From sequence record OZ196212.1: 64,000 bases of DNA; one strand, written 5' to 3'. The translations under genes were made by a program, and so were the position numbers. Shown one piece after another: positions 56,669 through 63,656 of this stretch; position 1 is the stretch's first letter; each line of letters opens with the position of its first letter. The notes beneath the pieces were generated by a model. The model searched no databases. It was not told where the DNA came from and saw only the letters and a program-made list of their open reading frames with translations.

Positions 56669-56676
56669 TTTAAATA
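56669..56676 (+). promoter_or_regulatory. Possible late-promoter variant TTTAAATA
   Basis: One mismatch to TATAAATA, 34 nt before ORF 56711. Confidence 0.45.
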
Positions 56677-56710
56677 CGTGCGTCTAATAATAAAACTTAA
56701 AAGGTAAAAT

Positions 56711-56956
56711 ATGACGCACGATTTTAATATGCTCCTTGAGCAGTACAACCTAGCAAACTTTGAATGCGATGGTGACTTCGAGGACTATTACTGGTCAGTA
56801 GCCGAATGGATCGGTCAAACGATTTTCAGTCACGGTACGCTTCGAAAAACTGACTTTCTTGAACTATTGTGTGATTTGCTTGAAATCACTGAAGATGAAA
56901 TCAACGTCGATGAAGTCGATGATTTCTTGAACGAAGTATATGAACTAAACGAATAG
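56711..56956 (+). CDS. Highly acidic hypothetical protein (81 aa)
   Basis: SD AAGG; 22 D/E against 2 K/R. Confidence 0.75.
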   Translation: MTHDFNMLLEQYNLANFECDGDFEDYYWSVAEWIGQTIFSHGTLRKTDFLELLCDLLEITEDEINVDEVDDFLNEVYELNE

Positions 56957-57023
56957 GTGACATATGAAAAAGTATCATCGTAAGGAGCTATTTCACTGAG
57001 TAATTTAACTTGGAGAAATAGCA

Positions 57024-57536
57024 ATGACAGAACCAAAACTGTACAAAGGCGTGAAGCGCAAAGACCTACCGAAATACGACCGCGAGACAATGGGCTACAA
57101 GTACATTTTCAAGCTTGACGAGGGACCAAACTATCCTGAGTGGGCGCGTGTCTACGTTCAGTACAATAACTGGTGGAATCCCTGCACAACTGGCGTGGGT
57201 TACTATCTAGTCGATGGTGCAAGTAAGCGTTTCAACTTGATTCGCAACGCTGAGTACCTAGCGCGACATAAAGGTGCATACGTGTACCGTTACACTCCGC
57301 TACCAAACGGTGGTGGTTGGAAAAACTCGATTCATTCAGTGCGTGCAAAAGGCGCAATGGCTGAACACAAGCATGACGAAATGTGCAAAGCTGAACTTGA
57401 GGCTGAATACGGTCGCATTGTTCGACACAAACGCGCATACGTTACCAAAATGAATGCAACTGATTGGGATCATCCCCACGGTTACAATTCACAACGTGGC
57501 TGGAAGCGTTCTAAAAAGCGCAAACAGTGGATGTAA
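57024..57536 (+). CDS. Basic hypothetical protein (170 aa)
   Basis: SD GGAG; C-terminal DW...RGWKRSKKRKQW. Confidence 0.75.
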   Translation: MTEPKLYKGVKRKDLPKYDRETMGYKYIFKLDEGPNYPEWARVYVQYNNWWNPCTTGVGYYLVDGASKRFNLIRNAEYLARHKGAYVYRYTPLPNGGGWKNSIHSVRAKGAMAEHKHDEMCKAELEAEYGRIVRHKRAYVTKMNATDWDHPHGYNSQRGWKRSKKRKQWM

Positions 57537-57537
57537 T

Positions 57538-57573
57538 AAAAGGGTTGCATTGTGCAGCCCTTTTTAGTATCAT
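57538..57573 (+). promoter_or_regulatory. Terminator hairpin fused with an early promoter (TTGCAT-17-TATCAT)
   Basis: AAAAGGGTTGCA-TTG-TGCAGCCCTTTTT contains the -35 hexamer. Confidence 0.68.
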
Positions 57574-57597
57574 GAGCATTCAATTCAAGGAGTGCTT

Positions 57598-57810
57598 ATG
57601 TCTATTTTATTAACTGCGCTTGGCGCAACTCTGGGTGTTATCGTGATTGTGTTATCTGCATACCCGTTATGTCGAACACTCGACAACATTTTTGAAGATC
57701 GTTTTAGTAGTGATGCAGCGGCAATGACATGCTTTGTGCTTGCACTTTCTATTTTCATCTTCGCCTTTATGCTAGTCGTTTTGGCTGGTGCAGAATACTT
57801 TCCATTGTGA
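57598..57810 (+). CDS. Membrane protein (70 aa)
   Basis: SD GGAG; two hydrophobic helices. Confidence 0.65.
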   Translation: MSILLTALGATLGVIVIVLSAYPLCRTLDNIFEDRFSSDAAAMTCFVLALSIFIFAFMLVVLAGAEYFPL

Positions 57811-57818
57811 GGAATACT

Positions 57819-58400
57819 ATGAAAAAGACAATTATTTTTGATGTAGATGGCGTACTAATCGATTGGGCAAGCCAACTACCGTTATTCTGCAAGCGATGCG
57901 GTATCGACCCCGTGCTTGCACTGAAACACTTCACAGCTAAAGAGCACGTTGACGTTCGCGACCTATTCGGCATCGAGCAGAAATACATCGCGTTCGAGCT
58001 ACTAGACAAATACAATCTAGAGCACGGTAAGTACATGACTGCTTTCCCAGATGCTGTAGACCACATTCACAAGCTTGCGAAAGAGTACAACTTGATTGCA
58101 CTGACGAAGTTCGGTGATACAACTGAGCACTGGTTAACTCGCAAGTTCAATCTTGAGACGTTCTTCCCTGGGTTGTTCAGTGAGCTGATCACAATTCGCG
58201 GTGACGAATCGAAGATTGGTTACGTTGCTGCAATTCAAGCAGAACATGACGTGGTAGCATTCGTCGATGACCAACTTGAGAACATCGAAGCAATCAAACG
58301 AGCAAATGGTGTGCTGACCGTCCACATGAATCGATATGATGAACGTGCAGACGTTAAACACATGAGCGATATGATGTCTTTCATTGAAAACAATGTTTAA
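57819..58400 (+). CDS. 30.2: HAD-superfamily hydrolase, T4 gp30.2-like
   Basis: MKKTIIFDVDGVLIDWASQLP.F as T4 30.2; ALTKFG, FVDDQLEN; upstream of ligase. Confidence 0.82.
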   Translation: MKKTIIFDVDGVLIDWASQLPLFCKRCGIDPVLALKHFTAKEHVDVRDLFGIEQKYIAFELLDKYNLEHGKYMTAFPDAVDHIHKLAKEYNLIALTKFGDTTEHWLTRKFNLETFFPGLFSELITIRGDESKIGYVAAIQAEHDVVAFVDDQLENIEAIKRANGVLTVHMNRYDERADVKHMSDMMSFIENNV

Positions 58401-58424
58401 CACATAGCGATTCGATTATATAAT
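58394..58424 (+). promoter_or_regulatory. TGTTTAAC-N17-TATAAT promoter (ligase cluster)
   Basis: Box 58394-58401, TATAAT 58419-58424. Confidence 0.68.
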
Positions 58425-58458
58425 AAGCTCCTAACGGGGCTTTTTTTATGGGTGATAA

Positions 58459-58758
58459 ATGATAAAACGAGCATATATTATTCACGCTGACAGCGCGATT
58501 GCTAAACGAGCAGTTGTGTTAGATCGACGTGAGTCAAAGGGTAAGCCGAGATTCTCCAAGAAAGGGGAATGGGAAGCTGAAATGCTTACTGACTGGCAAG
58601 AATGGAACAAAGAAGCATGTGACTACATTGTTCACATCTATGGCGATTTAATCGCAGGTAAACCATTCAACGTCACGATTGTAAACGGCAACGTATATTT
58701 CGAGGAAAATGATGTTTGCTATACTAATGAAAAGCAACCACGAGGTGGCGATTATTGA
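58459..58758 (+). CDS. Hypothetical protein (99 aa)
   Basis: ORF with SD GGGTG. Confidence 0.65.
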   Translation: MIKRAYIIHADSAIAKRAVVLDRRESKGKPRFSKKGEWEAEMLTDWQEWNKEACDYIVHIYGDLIAGKPFNVTIVNGNVYFEENDVCYTNEKQPRGGDY

Positions 58759-58933
58759 TCTCGGAGACGTTACAATGCCCGCATTGTACGTCAAAGAAGA
58801 AGACGCCAACAAAGTTTTGTACAAGAACGACTTGAACACGCACTGCTATGTAGCACCTGTTCGAGCTGATTTTTTTATTTTGGGAAATACTAATGATTCT
58901 GCAAATTCTACACCAACTAGCGGCAACGACTAA
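58709..58933 (+). CDS. Hypothetical protein (74 aa)
   Basis: SD GAGG; overlaps both neighbours. Confidence 0.5.
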   Translation: MMFAILMKSNHEVAIIDLGDVTMPALYVKEEDANKVLYKNDLNTHCYVAPVRADFFILGNTNDSANSTPTSGND

Positions 58934-60227
58934 ACGAACTGAGAAAGAGAAAATCCTCAAAGGCGAAGTAGACAACGAGTTGCTTAAACGCGTATTCGAA
59001 CTCGCGTACTCACCGAATGTTCTGTTCAACATGAAGAAAGTGCCTGAAGTGATGCGTCAAGGCGTTGAGCCGGAAGAATTCGAGCCACTCAACATCGCGT
59101 TAGAACGCGTGTATCAAGCACTAGCAGTCGAACAGCTTCGCGGTAAAGCAGCACAAACGTTCGTTGAACACGTGCTTTACGAACTGAATGAAGACGATGC
59201 AGACGTACTACGTCGCGTTATCTTGAAAGATCTACGCACTGGCTGTACTGGCGGTACTGCGGATAAGGTGTGGAAGAAGCTGATTCCAGAGCAACCGCAA
59301 ATGCTTGCATCGCCATACAAAGAAAAACTAGGCGATGCTATTCTGAAGAACATGGCGTATGCAGAGCTTAAAGCAGATGGCGCACGTTGTTTCGCTCACG
59401 TCGATGCAGATAACAACGTAACGTTTACGTCACGCAACGGCAAACAGTACACTGGCTTGCTGAAGATTGAGCGTGCGATTCAAAGCATGGAATCACAGCG
59501 TTTTGTAATCGATGGTGAACTTGTATACGCACCGAACGGTCTTGACGCAGTTGAAGATCGCTCAACGGGTAACGGCATTGTCAACAAAGCAAGCAAAGGC
59601 ACGATTTCACTTGCAGAACAAGCAGACATTGTTTTCCAAGTATGGGACATCATCCCTGAAGACGTGTATTTCGGTGTTTCGGATGAATTGAACATGCCGT
59701 ATCGTTTACGTAAGCAAGTTCTTGCAGATCGTGCGATGGGTGTCGAGGGCATTGAGCCGATTCCGTGGGATACTGTTCACACGAAAGAAGAAGCAAGCGC
59801 GATCTACAATCGCTATGTAGCGATGGATCTTGAAGGCATCATTCTGAAAAACCCTGAAGCACTGTGGGAAAACAAGCGAAGCAAATCGCTAGTCAAATAC
59901 AAAGAAGTGCATGATGGTGATTTAGAAGTCATCGAAGTGATTGAAGGCGACAAGAAGAACAAAGGCAAGATGGGTGCATTATTGCTACGTTCAGCATGTG
60001 GTCGTTTGATTACGAAAGTTGGTAGTGGCTTTAGTGACAAGCAGCGCGAAGATATCTGGGAGCGTCGTGACGAAGTTATCGGTATGATTGTTGAGATCAA
60101 CTATAACGCGATTACGAAAGCACGCAACAAAGAGACATGGTCGTGTTTCTTACCAATCTTTGTGCAGTTCCGCGACGATAAAGACGTGGCAAACACGCTA
60201 GAAGAAATGAGCGGCTTCAAAGGCTAA
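58893..60227 (+). CDS. gp30: ATP-dependent DNA ligase
   Basis: PQMLA, ELKADGAR (KxDG), SRNG, IDGEL, QVWDII, EGIILK, YKE motifs, C-terminal OB. Confidence 0.96.
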   Translation: MILQILHQLAATTKRTEKEKILKGEVDNELLKRVFELAYSPNVLFNMKKVPEVMRQGVEPEEFEPLNIALERVYQALAVEQLRGKAAQTFVEHVLYELNEDDADVLRRVILKDLRTGCTGGTADKVWKKLIPEQPQMLASPYKEKLGDAILKNMAYAELKADGARCFAHVDADNNVTFTSRNGKQYTGLLKIERAIQSMESQRFVIDGELVYAPNGLDAVEDRSTGNGIVNKASKGTISLAEQADIVFQVWDIIPEDVYFGVSDELNMPYRLRKQVLADRAMGVEGIEPIPWDTVHTKEEASAIYNRYVAMDLEGIILKNPEALWENKRSKSLVKYKEVHDGDLEVIEVIEGDKKNKGKMGALLLRSACGRLITKVGSGFSDKQREDIWERRDEVIGMIVEINYNAITKARNKETWSCFLPIFVQFRDDKDVANTLEEMSGFKG

Positions 60228-60229
60228 AC

Positions 60230-60268
60230 AAAAGGGTTGACTTCGGTCAGCCCTTTTTCATATAAATA
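60230..60268 (+). promoter_or_regulatory. Terminator hairpin (UUCG) followed by late promoter TATAAATA
   Basis: AAAAGGGTTGAC-TTCG-GTCAGCCCTTTTT at 60230-60258; TATAAATA at 60261-60268. Confidence 0.8.
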
Positions 60269-60290
60269 CTTTCATTTAGAGAGAACGAAC

Positions 60291-61151
60291 ATGATTATTT
60301 TCGAGGCATTTTCGCGCCCTGTGCCTTATAAATGGGTCAGACCGAGCGAAATTGAATTCACAGTAAACGGTACGAAGTATCGAGCAACGTACAATATCAC
60401 GTACAGAGACGGCAGCTCACAAATGTACATCGACTTCCAATGGAATGACGGTGGGCAATGGTCGTACAAGCTGAAGAAGGGCGGAGACCCGAAAGACGCA
60501 ATGGCTGTATTTGCGACTGTACTCGCAGCGGGTGAAGAGAAAGCAAATCAAGAGAAGCCGGATTTCATTACGTTTAGCGCGTTCTCAGATGAAGATGATG
60601 CAGACGCACACAAACGATTCAGACTGTACAAACGCATGGCTGATCGCTACGCTAAACAACTTGGCTACACGATGCATGTTGACGGTCGCAATTTCATCTT
60701 GAAGAACAACAACCCATCGACGGTGAGACGTATACCGAATGACGGCATCATGATTGATGACGAACTGACGTACGTTGAAATGCCACGCACGAACGAATTC
60801 ACATGGGCTACAATGTTCGAGTGTACTCGTCCGGGTGATTTTGAAATGGTGCGTTTTAAGAATGGCTTTGCTACAATCAAGCGTCAGACTGAAGATAAAG
60901 TCGAGATCATGGTTAAAGCAGGTGGTCAAACGTATGACAATTTAGATTCGCCAGAAGTGTGGGACAAGTTGAACGGCGAGTTGTTTGTTACAGCGTCATG
61001 GCGCCCAGATGAACCACAACCGATGTCAGAGAAAGCATCATTGCTTGAGAATGGTTGGATGATTTTGACTGAGACATCCACCGTGTACAAAGTAGAAAGT
61101 GTTGCAGACTTCGAAGCGATTTGGGGTTACAAATTAGAGTCTATTAGATAG
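60291..61151 (+). CDS. Late hypothetical protein (286 aa), possible internal head protein
   Basis: SD GAGAG; starts MIIFE; N-half shares VFATV...R..LY.RM with ORF 15742. Confidence 0.78.
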   Translation: MIIFEAFSRPVPYKWVRPSEIEFTVNGTKYRATYNITYRDGSSQMYIDFQWNDGGQWSYKLKKGGDPKDAMAVFATVLAAGEEKANQEKPDFITFSAFSDEDDADAHKRFRLYKRMADRYAKQLGYTMHVDGRNFILKNNNPSTVRRIPNDGIMIDDELTYVEMPRTNEFTWATMFECTRPGDFEMVRFKNGFATIKRQTEDKVEIMVKAGGQTYDNLDSPEVWDKLNGELFVTASWRPDEPQPMSEKASLLENGWMILTETSTVYKVESVADFEAIWGYKLESIR

Positions 61152-61152
61152 T

Positions 61153-61181
61153 AAAAAGGGAGCCAATCGGCTCCCTTTTTT
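61153..61181. terminator. Bidirectional terminator
   Basis: AAAAAGGGAGCC-AATC-GGCTCCCTTTTTT. Confidence 0.88.
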
Positions 61182-62874
61182 ATTGTGCTGCAATTGATTT
61201 GCTGAATTTCTCACGCGTCGTCGCGGGTAGTTCAGGGTTATCTGTACCAAGAAGTAGAATCGCGATGTCTTCAAGTTCAGCCATGCGTTCTTGCTTCATG
61301 TGAACACCAATAACGCTTTCATTGTAAGCGCCTTTGTCGCGCACTGAAAGACGAATGACAGCATGTGAGCCTACGTGATCCATAGTCACAACGTCAGCGT
61401 CAAACACAGTATTACGATTGATCATGAACTCATTTTCACCTTGTTGACCGTTTCTGCCAGGGATGTAAACTGGAAGACCGTCACTTTCGATGATGAATAC
61501 AACTTTCATATTCATAGTACCGAATCCAAGCGTATCAAGCATTTCTTGTTTGCTTGAGTCACGTGATGTCATCACATCAAGCACATTAGCTTCAGCGAAT
61601 TCAACGGCAATCATCGGGTCAGTCGATGCGCTCATGTAAGCAGTCGATGCAAACAAGCCAGTCTTCAGAATGCTTCTAACGACGTTAGACGTACATTCCA
61701 TGCCACGATATAGCAGAGGAGTAGGTTGAATGTTATGACCCATAACGCCAGCCTCTTCGAATGCAGAGTCGATGTCGTCGATAATTTTAGCTGTTTTCTC
61801 TGTGCCTTTACCCGTCAATAGATGCTGATTCACGTTCCAGTATTGTGCGCCAGTATAACGAGCAATAGAGCCTTGAACTTCAGGCGAAACGCCAGACCAT
61901 GTTGGGTCTTGTTGAAGCTGAACTGCTAGTGTGTTGTACTGAGATTCGAATTCACGTGACTTCACAGAAAGCATGTTTCTGACAATCTCGCTAACAGTTC
62001 CCTGATCTTGATGCTTAGTGTTGCGCATAGCAGGTGCCATACGACTAGCAATAGTTTGCAAGTCAATTGGGATATCTAATGTACCAAGTGCGATACGAGC
62101 AACGTCTGCCACTTCAGGCACACTATGATTCGCTGCGCCTTGCAAGCGTTCACGATATACACCGCGAGTTGCCGGGGTTAGAGCAGGCATCACCATTGGC
62201 GTGTTCGGAACACGTTTCGCTGGTTTGTCTTCGATCCATTCAGCTTTCACTTCGTCGTGAAACTCTTCAAATCCCGGTACCATATCAGCCGTAACGATAA
62301 TCGAGCGTGCAGTCGCGATGTCTGGTTCTTTAGACATTTGAGCAGCTAGAATATTGATAGTCTTTTCTTCAGACTCAAGTAGCTTATCGGTATTGTATCC
62401 CGGTTTGTTGATAACGAAGAAGCTGAAATCTTCAGCCATTTCATGATCGCCAACGTTTAGAATCTTAGTTGTTTCACAGCCGTAGCGTAGTTTCTTGAAT
62501 AGCGTTTTGATACGCATATCGAACATCTTGCCACTGCCTTTCTTTTGTACGCGCATTGATACAGCGTTTGCACGAACTTTCAGCATGAATTCTTGAACAA
62601 GTTTAACCAACGTTTCTTGGAACTTTTGTTGATCACCCATATCACGAATAGTTAATCCGCCTTTTTTACCGCGCATTGCAGTAACAGTACAGAACCAAGC
62701 GCGTTTAGTACGGTCGCCTAGCCCCGATTTTGTTTTACTTGTAAACGTGACAACGACATCTTTGGTCTCACCAGCCATATCGATGACAAAGTAACGATTG
62801 ACTTTGGTCGAGCGAGCCGGGTAGTAGTTATAAGTTGAAGTTGCTGTCTCATTTAATTCTTGAAATCCAATCAT
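61180..62874 (-). CDS. alt: Alt-like ADP-ribosyltransferase
   Basis: C-terminal VIP2-type ART: YTGAQYWNVN..L, LYRG (Arg), YMSAS (S-x-S), ENE (ExE); N-terminus aligns by eye with T4 Alt. Confidence 0.85.
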   Translation of the reverse strand: MIGFQELNETATSTYNYYPARSTKVNRYFVIDMAGETKDVVVTFTSKTKSGLGDRTKRAWFCTVTAMRGKKGGLTIRDMGDQQKFQETLVKLVQEFMLKVRANAVSMRVQKKGSGKMFDMRIKTLFKKLRYGCETTKILNVGDHEMAEDFSFFVINKPGYNTDKLLESEEKTINILAAQMSKEPDIATARSIIVTADMVPGFEEFHDEVKAEWIEDKPAKRVPNTPMVMPALTPATRGVYRERLQGAANHSVPEVADVARIALGTLDIPIDLQTIASRMAPAMRNTKHQDQGTVSEIVRNMLSVKSREFESQYNTLAVQLQQDPTWSGVSPEVQGSIARYTGAQYWNVNQHLLTGKGTEKTAKIIDDIDSAFEEAGVMGHNIQPTPLLYRGMECTSNVVRSILKTGLFASTAYMSASTDPMIAVEFAEANVLDVMTSRDSSKQEMLDTLGFGTMNMKVVFIIESDGLPVYIPGRNGQQGENEFMINRNTVFDADVVTMDHVGSHAVIRLSVRDKGAYNESVIGVHMKQERMAELEDIAILLLGTDNPELPATTREKFSKSIAAQ

Positions 62875-62906
62875 TTTTTAGACTCGCCTTATTGAAAATA
62901 TACCTG

Positions 62907-62914
62907 TATTTATG
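62907..62914 (-). promoter_or_regulatory. Late-promoter variant CATAAATA (alt)
   Basis: 32 nt upstream of the alt ATG. Confidence 0.6.
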
Positions 62915-62966
62915 AGAGTGCATTAACACCCATCTAGAACTATTTAAACTTTTTTTACGAAAGTGG

Positions 62967-62995
62967 TTGCGTCGAATTCAAAATACGCCTAATAT
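62967..62995 (+). promoter_or_regulatory. Early promoter TTGCGT-17-TAATAT
   Basis: Preceded by AAAGTGG; leader ends GAGAGAAAATTATG. Confidence 0.75.
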
Positions 62996-63038
62996 CTCTA
63001 CATCGAAACGAAACACACTAATCACAAGAGAGAAAATT

Positions 63039-63557
63039 ATGACTAAACTTAACGATCAGACTGCTACTAACGCTCAAATCGCTGAATTCTACGGTATGAC
63101 TCTTGACCCATCGGGTATGCCTTACGCACTTGACGCGAAATCACGTCGTCATTACATCACTGATTTGCGTTCAAAGTTTCGTAAAGAAGCAGCTAAGAAG
63201 ACTTCACGCAAAGTAGCTACTGCGACTCGTAAAATTGAATTACCAAGCGCAGAAGAGCATTTAGCGATGCTGAACACTGATTTCACTGAACATCAATGGT
63301 TCATTCGCGAATCTCAGCCGGGTCTTGATATCTCAGAACTTGGTTTACGCTTCTACTTCATCGGTGGTGCTAACATTCATCAACTGAACATTCGCACAAA
63401 ACACTTCTCAAACAAAGAGTTAGAGAATTTCTATGCGAACAAGAAGATTCTGAAAGGTCACAAGGGTACTGGTTCAGTCACAATTGGCTCTCTTTCATAC
63501 GAAGAAGTTGTTCAAATCGCACAAGATATGATTGAAAAGTCAGAAAGTGTGATTTAA
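63039..63557 (+). CDS. Early protein (172 aa) with basic linker and possible double-wing (MotCF/DUF5655-like) C-domain
   Basis: ATG 63039 with SD GAGAG; KKTSRKVATATRK linker; GHKGTGSVTIGSLSYEEV end. Confidence 0.72.
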   Translation: MTKLNDQTATNAQIAEFYGMTLDPSGMPYALDAKSRRHYITDLRSKFRKEAAKKTSRKVATATRKIELPSAEEHLAMLNTDFTEHQWFIRESQPGLDISELGLRFYFIGGANIHQLNIRTKHFSNKELENFYANKKILKGHKGTGSVTIGSLSYEEVVQIAQDMIEKSESVI

Positions 63558-63576
63558 GTCACGAAAAAGTAGTGTT

Positions 63577-63611
63577 CGGGTATTGACAGTAACATCGAAA
63601 TACCCGATAAT
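63577..63611 (+). promoter_or_regulatory. Early promoter TTGACA-17-GATAAT flanked by an inverted repeat
   Basis: CGGGTATT (63577-63584) / AATACCCG (63599-63606). Confidence 0.75.
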
Positions 63612-63656
63612 AAACACATCAAGACGACATAGACAACTACTTAAAGAGAGAACATT

